DNA from: an uncultured Gammaproteobacteria bacterium
Lineage (GTDB): Bacteria; Patescibacteriota; Microgenomatia; Levybacterales; GWA1-39-11
NCBI GenBank assembly: GCA_964537315.1
Contig: CAZIAP010000002.1
Location: 107,237 to 171,236, forward strand
DNA: 64,000 bases
Direction of reading: 5' to 3'
Part shown: positions 28,788 to 39,273 of the stretch, one piece after another
Position numbering within the stretch: position 1 is the first letter of the stretch
Layout: every line of letters begins with the position of its first letter
Notes under the pieces: model-generated
Databases searched by the model: none
What the model was told of the DNA's origin: nothing
Seen by the model: only the letters and a program-made list of their open reading frames with translations
Program-made: the position numbers and the translations under genes

Positions 28788-29909
28788 TTACAGTAAGAAT
28801 AAAAGTAATCCTCCGATTACAGTTATAACAACTGCCCCTCCTACTCCCAGCATAGTACCTATTGACCCTGGAGGTGCAATAGTGGGAATAGGGGCTTCAG
28901 TAGGAGCAATAGGTGTTTGTGCAGATGGAGTTGAATTGCCTGTATTCGCACTTACTATTACTGTCTGCGTACAAGCTGTACTGGAATCACCGTCATTATC
29001 AGTGAAAACAACCGATAAATTATAAGTGTTAGCAGTTGTATATGTATGACTTTGTTGAATGTTGGCAGACGGTGAACCTAAGCCTTCTGTAACATCAATA
29101 ACCTGTCCATCCCCAAAGTTAAATGTAGCTTTTACTACTTGTCCGTCAGTATCATTGCCTTGAGCGGTGAGTTGAGTTATAAGAGGTGCTGCTCCACTAG
29201 CAGGTATTATCTGAAGGCTTGAACAGACAGGTAACTTATTAGGAGATTTGGTTGGAGTAGGGTTTGAAGTAGGCGAAGCTGGTGGAGAAGCTGAGATTGT
29301 AGGACGACTTGTAGGTGTAGGGCTCGTTGTTCCTCCTGCAAGTATTGTTATAGAAGTTGGCGCTGCATTTACGAGCACATTTTCACCTGGACCATCATTA
29401 GTAGATATTGATAGAACTTGAGTAGATCCTGGGAAATCAAAAGAAATCTCCGTTGGAGTATCTGTTACCTCTAAAGCTTCGAGTTCGATAGTAGCAACTT
29501 TAAATGGTTGAGTAATGTCACCAGAAGGATCATAACCTGTATCTATAATCTTATTTATTCCGAACTCTACACTGGCAGTATTTTCAGTAATATCTGGCCC
29601 TGATAAAGTCGTAGATATATTCTGTGGATCAGGAGTAATCTGAGTTATTATAATTTTACTCGGATCAAACTGTAGTGAAAATTTAATAAAGGATGGGATA
29701 TTTTGACCGGGATCGAGCATTACGTCTACAGTAAACGACTCTCCTACAGCAACAGAGGGCTTTGAGGATACTAATGTAAGGTTGCTCGAAGGTGCTGCAC
29801 TACTTCTTAGGTCTTGTTGTTGCTTCACAAAATAAAGAGTTAAAGGTATAGTTACTAAAAGAAGCGCCAAAACTCCTATCAAAAAAAACTGTTTACTGGT
29901 GAATTTCAT
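28788..29909 (-). CDS. Surface protein with cohesin-like domain, PKD domain, Pro/Thr/Ser linker and C-terminal TM
   Basis: N-terminal signal anchor carrying the shared IPLTLYFVKQQQDLRSSAA motif. Cohesin-like beta-sandwich (VAVGESFTVDVMLDP...LQFDPSKIII). PKD-like FNFGDG...HTY. C-terminal helix GAVVITVIGGLLLFLL. Confidence 0.5.
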   Translation of the reverse strand: MKFTSKQFFLIGVLALLLVTIPLTLYFVKQQQDLRSSAAPSSNLTLVSSKPSVAVGESFTVDVMLDPGQNIPSFIKFSLQFDPSKIIITQITPDPQNISTTLSGPDITENTASVEFGINKIIDTGYDPSGDITQPFKVATIELEALEVTDTPTEISFDFPGSTQVLSISTNDGPGENVLVNAAPTSITILAGGTTSPTPTSRPTISASPPASPTSNPTPTKSPNKLPVCSSLQIIPASGAAPLITQLTAQGNDTDGQVVKATFNFGDGQVIDVTEGLGSPSANIQQSHTYTTANTYNLSVVFTDNDGDSSTACTQTVIVSANTGNSTPSAQTPIAPTEAPIPTIAPPGSIGTMLGVGGAVVITVIGGLLLFLL

Positions 29910-30006
29910 ACAAAAGTCTTGCTGATATTAGCGTAGTGGAAATGATAAGTGAAGTCAATAATGTAAGAAATCAGTAAAATGTCCTTGGTTTGAGACTGTA
30001 AAGGTC

Positions 30007-30036
30007 TTGACAATACAACGTTTTCTATTGTATATT
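30007..30036 (+). promoter_or_regulatory. Sigma70-like promoter of groES (TTGACA-N18-TATATT) with a weak CIRCE-like half-site downstream
   Basis: TTGACA at 30007-30012 and TATATT at 30031-36. TTAGCAGTC (30035-43) is 8/9 to the CIRCE left arm, but the right arm AAATGACAA is a poor match. Confidence 0.4.
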
Positions 30037-30070
30037 AGCAGTCATATAGATTAAATGACAAAAAAGAGTT

Positions 30071-30376
30071 ATGGCAAAATCTACAAAAACAATGACCCCA
30101 CTTTTCGGAAATGTTTTAATCAAACCACTAGAAGCAGAAGAAAAAACTGCAGGTGGTATATATTTACCTGACACAGCAAAAGAGAAGCCTCAGGTCGGTG
30201 AAGTTATGGCAGTTGGAAAAGGATCATGGGATGAGGATGGAGAAAAAAGGATTCCTATGGAAGTATCCGTTGGTCAAAAGGTTATGTATAAAAAATGGGG
30301 TGGAAATGAGGTAAAAGTAGGTAATGAAGAGTGGACAATCGTAGATCAGAAAGATATATTGGCAATAGTAAGTTAG
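30071..30376 (+). CDS. groES: Co-chaperonin GroES
   Basis: 101 aa. Shows the GroES mobile-loop and roof-hairpin pattern (KPLEAEEKTAGGIYLPDTAKEKPQVGEVMAVG). Confidence 0.9.
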   Translation: MAKSTKTMTPLFGNVLIKPLEAEEKTAGGIYLPDTAKEKPQVGEVMAVGKGSWDEDGEKRIPMEVSVGQKVMYKKWGGNEVKVGNEEWTIVDQKDILAIVS

Positions 30377-30391
30377 AAATATAGAAATAAA

Positions 30392-30414
30392 ATGATAAGT
30401 CTTTTACTTATCAT
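30392..30414 (+). other. Perfect 9-bp stem / 5-nt loop hairpin between groES and groEL, followed by T-rich tract
   Basis: ATGATAAGT-CTTTT-ACTTATCAT read directly, followed by TATTTACTTTAATTTTTAT. Confidence 0.4.
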
Positions 30415-30435
30415 TATTTACTTTAATTTTTATAG

Positions 30436-32094
<1,659 letters not shown>

Positions 32095-32256
32095 AATAAT
32101 CCACCTTCACAAACCAACTCTCCTAGCTTTTAATTTTCACTTGTTTCACTTTATATGTGCAGAACCATTATAATGGTAGACCACACTTGAAGTAGAATTA
32201 AATATTTTCTTATAATGACTTTTTGTTTACTTCAATATTCGTAGTACAATACATCT

Positions 32257-33051
32257 ATGGTTGATAGTCATTGTCATTTAAATTTTCATAAGTTTGCAGA
32301 CGACGTAGATGAGGTTGTACAACGTGCAACTGAGTCAGGAGTAAGCAAGATCGTAAATGTCGGAACTCAAATCAGCTCCAGTAGGGAGGCAATAATGCTT
32401 GCTGAGAAATTTGATTCATGCTTTGCAGTAGTAGGAATTCATCCTCATCATGCAGATAAAGTTGATAACGATTGGGTTAAAGATTTAGAAAGCCTTATAT
32501 CAAACGAAAAAGTAATCGCAGTTGGAGAGTGCGGACTTGATTACTTTTCTTATCAATCCAACGGTATAGTTGACCCGAAAGTTCAAAAAAAGGTATTTGA
32601 GACGCAGATTGAAATTGCATATAGATCAAAACTCCCGCTTGTGATTCATAACCGACACGCGGGAAAAGAGATCATTGAGATTCTCTCGTACTATAAATCT
32701 TCATTGTTAAATCTCCCAGGGATGTTTCACTGTATGTCAGGTGATCTCGATCTATTGCATCAGGTGTTAGATCTAGGATTTTATGTAGGTTTTGACGGTA
32801 ATATAACTTATCCAAAATTAGCTCCTGGCGAGACGGTGCATTTACAAGATTTGGTACGTGCCGCCCCTTTGGATAAAATCTTAATTGAAACGGATAGTCC
32901 ATATCTAACTCCCATTCCACATCGAGGTAAAAGAAATGAGCCAAAAAATGCTATAATAATTGGTGAATTTATTGCTAGTTTAAAAGGAGTCTCATTAGAA
33001 GAAGTTGATTTCGTTACTACGAAGAATTTTTCAACAGTGTTTTCCATATAA
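32257..33051 (+). CDS. tatD: TatD-family metal-dependent hydrolase/DNase
   Basis: MVDSHCHLNF, GEcGLDY, HNRHA, and GFYVGFDGNITY; the TatD signature. Confidence 0.85.
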   Translation: MVDSHCHLNFHKFADDVDEVVQRATESGVSKIVNVGTQISSSREAIMLAEKFDSCFAVVGIHPHHADKVDNDWVKDLESLISNEKVIAVGECGLDYFSYQSNGIVDPKVQKKVFETQIEIAYRSKLPLVIHNRHAGKEIIEILSYYKSSLLNLPGMFHCMSGDLDLLHQVLDLGFYVGFDGNITYPKLAPGETVHLQDLVRAAPLDKILIETDSPYLTPIPHRGKRNEPKNAIIIGEFIASLKGVSLEEVDFVTTKNFSTVFSI

Positions 33052-33059
33052 ATTTAATT

Positions 33060-34559
33060 ATGCACGCTTTTTTTGATCGCATTTTCTATACATATCCCGT
33101 AAAAACTAGGAGAAGTCTTGAAATTCTTCCTCCATTAGTATCACTTACTTTAATCAGTATGCCTGTTTGGGGAGCGTTGCTCTTTCCAGTACAGCTTGCA
33201 TACTTTATTATTTTTTTTGATATTTACTTTTTGTGGAAGTCGATCTATTTAGTAGTTACAGCATTTATTTCAGCACGAAAGATTAAAAAAACTGAAGAGG
33301 TGAACTGGGTGAAAAAGGCTGAGAAGCTTGAACACTTTAAAGATACCCACCACGTCATAATTATTCCTAGTTATACAGAGAGCGCTTCAAAACTTTCCCG
33401 AACCATTGAAACACTTAAAAATCAAACTTTTCCCCGAGAGCGTATCCATGTTTATTTAGCTCTCGAAAAAAGGGAAGAAAATGTTGAAGAAAAAGCTGAG
33501 AACTTAGTGGCACTATTCAAAGGTTCATTTGGTACATTTTCATACACGCTACATCCTGATGTAGAAGGAGAGGTAAAGGGAAAATCTTCTAACCAGGCAT
33601 ATGCGGTGAAGTATGCATACAAAGATTTGATAGAAAAAAGAGGTTTAGATATTAATTATATGACTGTGTCTTCTGTAGATGCAGATGCTATATTTGATCC
33701 TCAGTACTATGCAAATCTTGCTTATCACTTTCTTGTCTCCTCGAATCCACACCTTCATATATGGCAATCAGCAACAGTATTTTATAACAACTTCTGGGAA
33801 ATCCCAGCTTTTACGCGCGTTATGACCTTTTTTAGTGGTCTGTGGCGTACGGCTTTATTGGTTCAAGGACTCCGTCTTCTGCCTCACTCTACCTATTCAT
33901 TATCACTCAAACTTTTGCATGACATTGGGTATTGGGACACAGATGTAATCCCGGAAGATTATAGAATCTTCTTTAAAGCGTTTTATAAAACGAAGGGACA
34001 AGTATCAGTCGAACCGATATTTCTAAAAACTTCTTTGGATGCTGCTCAGTCACATACTTATCGCGCAAGTCTTATGAATAAATATAATCAAGAACGAAGA
34101 TGGGCTTGGGGTGTGTCTGATGATGCATTATACCTAAAGTGGTGGTTTACAGTTCCTGGAGTCCCGTTTATAAAAAAAACATACCTGATGTATTATGTAT
34201 TGCTTGACCACATACTTTGGCCAGTTGCTTGGTTCCTGATTACTGTCTCTGCAAACTTAGTCGTGCTAATTAATCCAATATTTTCGCGTACTAGCTTAGG
34301 GTATTATCTCCCACAGTTATCAGGATTTATAATTACTCTTACACTTGTGTCACTTATTGCAATGATGTACATCGATTACACAATACATAGGTACAAACAT
34401 TATAAAAAGCCCTCTTTATGGAGAAGACTTTTATTTCCTTTAGAGTTTATTGTAATGCCTGTTGCAGGATTTTTTCTGTCTGCACTACCTGCACTAATTT
34501 CTCATTTGCAACTATTCTTTGGTAAGCGATTGGAATATAAAGTAACAGAAAAAGTGTAA
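33060..34559 (+). CDS. Processive membrane GT2 glycosyltransferase (cellulose/chitin/hyaluronan-synthase-like)
   Basis: Two N-terminal and about four C-terminal TMs flank a cytoplasmic GT-A domain. Contains DAD (SSVDADAIFD) and the processive-synthase QxxRW motif (QERRWAWG). Confidence 0.65.
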   Translation: MHAFFDRIFYTYPVKTRRSLEILPPLVSLTLISMPVWGALLFPVQLAYFIIFFDIYFLWKSIYLVVTAFISARKIKKTEEVNWVKKAEKLEHFKDTHHVIIIPSYTESASKLSRTIETLKNQTFPRERIHVYLALEKREENVEEKAENLVALFKGSFGTFSYTLHPDVEGEVKGKSSNQAYAVKYAYKDLIEKRGLDINYMTVSSVDADAIFDPQYYANLAYHFLVSSNPHLHIWQSATVFYNNFWEIPAFTRVMTFFSGLWRTALLVQGLRLLPHSTYSLSLKLLHDIGYWDTDVIPEDYRIFFKAFYKTKGQVSVEPIFLKTSLDAAQSHTYRASLMNKYNQERRWAWGVSDDALYLKWWFTVPGVPFIKKTYLMYYVLLDHILWPVAWFLITVSANLVVLINPIFSRTSLGYYLPQLSGFIITLTLVSLIAMMYIDYTIHRYKHYKKPSLWRRLLFPLEFIVMPVAGFFLSALPALISHLQLFFGKRLEYKVTEKV

Positions 34560-36017
34560 ATGATGAAAAACCTTCTAGGATCGTGGAAACCATATCCTCA
34601 TTTTTTTATATTAAGTGCAGTATTGCTATTTACGTTTCTTAGAATGCCTTCATTAATAGAGCCGTACTGGTACGGAGACGAAGGAATATACGCAGTTATA
34701 GGACAATCATTGCGTGATGGAGCTGTTCTATATAAAGATATTTGGGATAATAAGCCACCGGTACTATATCTTCTTTATGCAGCTGTAAATGGAGAACTCT
34801 TATGGATTAAAGGAATGTCTTTAATTTTTGGGGCAGCTACCGTATTTGCAATCTTTAAACTTGCTGAAAAACTCTTAAAAGATAAACGTGCGGTTATTGT
34901 ATCTGTAACTGTGTTCACTTTTCTTTTTGGTTTGCCCATATTAGAGGGAAATATCGCAAATGCAGAAAATTTTATGTTGCTTCCTTTAAGCGTAGCATTT
35001 TATTTTATTTTGCGTAACGGATCTGTAACTACGTATATTGCAGCAGGTTTATTAATCTCTCTTGCAGCGATGATAAAAATAGTGGCGGTATTTGATCTTG
35101 CTGCAATATTGTTTATCATGGCTCTGATGCAGATAAAAGACAAGCGAGCTATTAAATCTGGCTTAATCAGTTTTATCAACAATAAAAAAACTTTGGGTTT
35201 TATTTTAGGTGTACTATTTATCCCTTTACTAGTATTTATATATTATTTAAACATACAGGCCGTACAGTATTTACTTTCATCAGTCTTCACAAATAACGTA
35301 GGTTACGTGGGGGTAAATAATTATTTTCTTTTTCCATTAGGATTAATTTTATTAAAAATTATAATATTGGTTGCTGCTCTAACGACAATTTTTATATTTC
35401 GCAAAGCACTCTCTAGAGAAGAAATTGTAATATACTCCTGGCTAGCATTTGGATTATTTAGTGTTTTTTTTTCAGATAGACCGTATATTCATTACCTCTT
35501 AATGGGTTTACTGCCTTTTTCATTACTAGTTGGATATCTTATCAAACGCCCTAGAACTGTCTCAGTCTTAGTGATTGCCGTAATTATTGTGCTCTCTCAA
35601 GCATATTTTTCTGTCTATAAAAAAAATATCAAGTATTATATAAATTTTGCCGAGTATGTATTCGCAGATAAATCATTTCGAGAATATACAGCCTTCTTTG
35701 ATAGAAATTCTGTAATTGATTATGATATTGCAGGAATAATGAGAACAATCATGGATAAGCAGGACTCAGTATATTACTGGAGTGACAGTGCTCAACTTTA
35801 CTTGCTTACCGGAGTTCGTCCTTTTACTAAGTATATTGTGGCGTATCATAATCTGGGCTATGAGGAGGCACTAGCTCAAACATCAAGAGAAATTCAAGAG
35901 AAAAGGCCTAAATATATTGTATCAACCAAAAATATGCCAATTTACTTTAATCTTTTAGATGAATATGAATTAAAATATACTATAGAATCAGCACGAATTT
36001 ATGAAAAACGCCTTTAA
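34560..36017 (+). CDS. GT-C-fold membrane glycosyltransferase (ArnT/PMT-like)
   Basis: First-loop DE motif (EPYWYGDEGIYAV) and about 11 TMs. The start abuts the GT2 stop (TAA-ATG). Confidence 0.55.
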   Translation: MMKNLLGSWKPYPHFFILSAVLLFTFLRMPSLIEPYWYGDEGIYAVIGQSLRDGAVLYKDIWDNKPPVLYLLYAAVNGELLWIKGMSLIFGAATVFAIFKLAEKLLKDKRAVIVSVTVFTFLFGLPILEGNIANAENFMLLPLSVAFYFILRNGSVTTYIAAGLLISLAAMIKIVAVFDLAAILFIMALMQIKDKRAIKSGLISFINNKKTLGFILGVLFIPLLVFIYYLNIQAVQYLLSSVFTNNVGYVGVNNYFLFPLGLILLKIIILVAALTTIFIFRKALSREEIVIYSWLAFGLFSVFFSDRPYIHYLLMGLLPFSLLVGYLIKRPRTVSVLVIAVIIVLSQAYFSVYKKNIKYYINFAEYVFADKSFREYTAFFDRNSVIDYDIAGIMRTIMDKQDSVYYWSDSAQLYLLTGVRPFTKYIVAYHNLGYEEALAQTSREIQEKRPKYIVSTKNMPIYFNLLDEYELKYTIESARIYEKRL

Positions 36018-36354
36018 TACCTTACTTTCTGATAATATTATAAAAGTATCATCCGGAGCTTCATTTTTGCTTCTCTTGATTGCCACATTGCTAATAGCAT
36101 TTTTTTATCAAAAGCTTCCTCCTTATATTCCTTTCTTTAATAGTTTACCGTGGGGAACAGAGAGGTTGTTTTCATCTGTAATTGTGGTTTTTCTTCCATT
36201 AATTTTCCTTTTGGTTTTAATTATCAATAATGCACTTAGCGCGTACGTATATGAAAAACATGCTTTGATTGCCAGAATGATTTCATTTAATGGTTTACTT
36301 GTGATTCTTTTGGGATTTCTTGCCTACTTACAAATTGTACTGTTAGTATTATGA
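36001..36354 (+). CDS. Small 3-TM membrane protein
   Basis: 117 aa and hydrophobic. Sits between the GT-C gene and the GT4 phosphotransferase gene. Confidence 0.35.
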   Translation: MKNAFNTLLSDNIIKVSSGASFLLLLIATLLIAFFYQKLPPYIPFFNSLPWGTERLFSSVIVVFLPLIFLLVLIINNALSAYVYEKHALIARMISFNGLLVILLGFLAYLQIVLLVL

Positions 36355-36357
36355 CCT

Positions 36358-37416
36358 ATGCTTAACACGCTAATAATATCGCTCGTTACCAGTTTTGTGA
36401 TTATGATTATTCTGACCCCTTTGGCTATAAAGGTGATAAAGAGACTAAAATTGATTGACGACCCTACCACACACAAGCATCCAGCAATTATTCACTCTCG
36501 TCCGATTCCCAGGGGAGGAGGACTGCCTATTTATATCTCATTAGTAAGTAGTATGATAATTTTTCTTCCTTTAACACCAATTTTTATTGGAGTAATAGCA
36601 GCAGGGTTACTGGTAGTTGGAGTAGGATTGCTTGACGATAGGTATGATATCTCACCATATGTTCGTTTTTTTATGAACATTGTTTCGGCAGTGTTAGTTG
36701 TTTGGTCTGGTGTAACAATTCCTTTTATTACACATCCATTAGGAGGAATATTGAGGTTTGATGATTTTAGTGTTACTTTAGGTACATTCTCAGTTGTGTT
36801 ACCATTGGCACATATTCTTGCAGTAGTTTGGATTATTTGGGTTATGAACATGCTGAACTGGAGTAAAGGAGTAGACGGACAAATGCCGGGTATTGCAGCA
36901 ATATCCGCAATTATTATTGGTATCGCAGCTCTTAGGTTTGGAATAATTGATGAGTCAAGTAGCAATACAGCGATATTTTCATTTATTATCGCTGGAACGG
37001 CGCTTGGATTTTTGGTATATAATTTTTATCCAGCACGAATATTTCCAGGATATAGCGCAACTATTTTAGGTTTTGCAATAGGTGTGGCTTCTATACTTTC
37101 TAGTGTAAAGCTTGCGACGGCGCTACTTGTTATGGGAATACCTGCTGCTGATGCATTATTTACAATTGCCAGAAGACTAGCGGCTAAAAAGTCTCCATTC
37201 TGGCATGACAAAGGACACTTGCATCATTTATTGCTTAACCTTGGCATGAGTCAGCGTACCATCGCGTTGTTTTATTGGGGTATGTCCTTTATTTTAGGTC
37301 TTGCTGCACTTACACTTTCGAGTAAAGGAAAAATATTTGCTATAATACTGGTGGTAGTATTGGTAATTGGGTTTATCTTGACATTACGTTTTTTGACGAA
37401 TAAAGAGCGAAAATGA
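36358..37416 (+). CDS. Polyprenyl-phosphate sugar-1-phosphate transferase (MraY/WecA family, GT4 'glycosyl transferase family 4')
   Basis: 10-TM profile, LLDDRYDISP, NMLNWSKGVDGQMPGIAAI (the NxxNxxDGxDGL equivalent), and a HLHHLL His-rich C-terminal motif. Cannot distinguish MraY from WecA on sequence alone. Confidence 0.75.
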   Translation: MLNTLIISLVTSFVIMIILTPLAIKVIKRLKLIDDPTTHKHPAIIHSRPIPRGGGLPIYISLVSSMIIFLPLTPIFIGVIAAGLLVVGVGLLDDRYDISPYVRFFMNIVSAVLVVWSGVTIPFITHPLGGILRFDDFSVTLGTFSVVLPLAHILAVVWIIWVMNMLNWSKGVDGQMPGIAAISAIIIGIAALRFGIIDESSSNTAIFSFIIAGTALGFLVYNFYPARIFPGYSATILGFAIGVASILSSVKLATALLVMGIPAADALFTIARRLAAKKSPFWHDKGHLHHLLLNLGMSQRTIALFYWGMSFILGLAALTLSSKGKIFAIILVVVLVIGFILTLRFLTNKERK

Positions 37417-38357
37417 AGCACTCTCACATTTTTTATCTTCTCAAGCTACTCCGTCCACGCCAGTGGATTAAGAACCTTGCCTTGTTTGCGGGAGTTACTT
37501 TCAGCGGTCAACTTTTTGAATCTGAAGCGCTAGTGAGGGTAGGGATCGCGTTTATTGCGTTTTGTTTTCTTTCATCGGCTACTTATATCCTCAATGATGT
37601 GCTTGATATAAAAAAGGACAGGTTGCATCCTTTCAAAAGAAACAGACCTCTTGCAAGTGGTAAAGTAAGCCCTATTGAAGCAGTAATAATTTTCGTGGTA
37701 CTGCTTTCTTCTTCTTTAACACTTGCTTATCAGCTCGAAGGGATGTTTATTGTACTTGCAGTAGTTTATCTTGCTTTGCAGGTCTCCTACTCAGTGTTAT
37801 TTAAAGGTGTAGTAATTTTTGATATTTTCTTTATTGCTTCCGGTTATATTTTACGTGTGCTAGCAGGAGGAGAAATTGTAAATTATCATATTTCAGTGTG
37901 GTTATTACTTACTACTGTCTCACTTTCACTCTTTTTAGCTGTTGGTAAACGTAGGTCTGAGTTAACCTTACTTAAAAACGTAAAAGCAAGCAAAATTCAG
38001 GAGATTCGTCGGAGTCTTTCACATTATTCAGAAAATCTACTTGATGCGTATACTGCCATATTTGCTACTACGGCCGTTATGTTTTATACGATGTTTACGT
38101 TTTTAGAACATCCACGTGGAATTCGTATTAATATAGAACTCTTCCTACCAGAGTTTTTGCCTTATTACTTACAAAGAAAATGGTTGATGATCACAATTTT
38201 GCCGGTAATTTACGGAATCATGCGTTATATGCAGGACATTTATGAAAAAAGTGAGGGTGAAAGTCCTGACCGTGTACTATTGGCTGATAAGGCACTACTG
38301 GCGTCAGTAATTTCATGGGTAATTTTAGTAATCGTAATTATTTACTTTATTGGGTGA
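37413..38357 (+). CDS. UbiA-family prenyl-phosphate phosphoribosyltransferase (decaprenyl-phosphate 5-phosphoribosyltransferase-like)
   Basis: NDVLDIKKDRLHPFKRNRPLASGKVSP matches the DPPR-synthase (Rv3806c-type) motif ND..D...DR.HP.KR.RP.A.G.V.P. Eight TMs. Confidence 0.7.
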   Translation: MKHSHIFYLLKLLRPRQWIKNLALFAGVTFSGQLFESEALVRVGIAFIAFCFLSSATYILNDVLDIKKDRLHPFKRNRPLASGKVSPIEAVIIFVVLLSSSLTLAYQLEGMFIVLAVVYLALQVSYSVLFKGVVIFDIFFIASGYILRVLAGGEIVNYHISVWLLLTTVSLSLFLAVGKRRSELTLLKNVKASKIQEIRRSLSHYSENLLDAYTAIFATTAVMFYTMFTFLEHPRGIRINIELFLPEFLPYYLQRKWLMITILPVIYGIMRYMQDIYEKSEGESPDRVLLADKALLASVISWVILVIVIIYFIG

Positions 38358-39216
38358 CTTCTTTAACATATCTTCCGCTTACCCATCCTGATTTTCCATC
38401 CGGTAAAGTAATTTTGTACCATCCGCTCTGTTCGTCTGTATAAGGAAATATCTCTCCTGGCTCTACTGTCGTAACTTCAGCAGTTGCAGTAGATGGACCT
38501 GTCCGTACTCGCAAAAATCCTACTCCAGTATTCTCAATCTCAACTCGTGGAGTAGTATCCTCAGGTTCTGTTTCACTTGGAGTTGGTGTGGGAGTAGGAC
38601 TTACTTTTTCCAGATTACTAGATGTGTTTTCTGCTGACTCTGTTCCTAAGTAGGCGGAGATGATTAGCTTGTACTGCGGAACAGTACGAACTCTAATTGT
38701 TTTTTTAGCAAATCCTTCTTTTTGAATCTCTACTTCATGTTCGGAGGGGGAAATAGATTCTAAATGAAATGGACTTGTTCCTCTCGGAGTACTGTTGACT
38801 GCGACCATTGCAGAGTCTGGGATTGTTCCAACAAATAACTGCGGTTCTTGCGATGAAGTTTTCTCAAGAGTCAGAACGTATGCGCTGGCAAGAGACCCTG
38901 GAAGAAAGGTACGTTCCACTGCAGTAAGTACACCGGGTTCAACTTTGACTTTTACGACAAAGGGGGTAAACTGTGTATCGTTTGGAACTATTTTTACTGT
39001 ATATTCCCCTTGTACAATGGTATTGTTTTGCTCACATTTACATAAAGGGGTCTCGCCAAGCAACTTATCATCAAGATATACCTGACTTGCAATGTTTGCG
39101 GTAACCTGCAATGCTCCCTGACCGGAAGGGCGGAGTGTTTGAATTACCTGTGTGAGTAAGAATAGTCCGACAAGAATTAAAATCACCGCCAGAACTAACA
39201 GAAGATTACGTCTCAT
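38347..39216 (-). CDS. Secreted/anchored protein with PEGA-like domain and C-terminal bacterial SH3 (SH3b) domain
   Basis: N-terminal TM. Segment VTANIASQVYLDDKLLGETP (PEGA-like). C-terminal SGWYKITLPDGKSGWVSGRYV matches the SH3_3 pattern. Confidence 0.5.
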   Translation of the reverse strand: MRRNLLLVLAVILILVGLFLLTQVIQTLRPSGQGALQVTANIASQVYLDDKLLGETPLCKCEQNNTIVQGEYTVKIVPNDTQFTPFVVKVKVEPGVLTAVERTFLPGSLASAYVLTLEKTSSQEPQLFVGTIPDSAMVAVNSTPRGTSPFHLESISPSEHEVEIQKEGFAKKTIRVRTVPQYKLIISAYLGTESAENTSSNLEKVSPTPTPTPSETEPEDTTPRVEIENTGVGFLRVRTGPSTATAEVTTVEPGEIFPYTDEQSGWYKITLPDGKSGWVSGRYVKEVTQ

Positions 39217-39273
39217 GCGTATTCACTATCATACCAAACTTTTCTATTACGGCTCAAGGAAAATTTTTACTAA

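Noticed and set aside
28784-28790. Terminator between convergent lepA and the 373-aa surface-protein gene
   Set aside because: Only 4 nt separate the stops, so there is no room for a hairpin. Any terminators must lie within the coding ends.
36358-37416. Assigning the GT4 phosphotransferase definitively as MraY
   Set aside because: Motifs are shared by MraY, WecA and WbpL. Its position among glycopolymer genes and overlap with the DPPR-synthase-like gene make WecA-like equally likely, so it is left as family-level.
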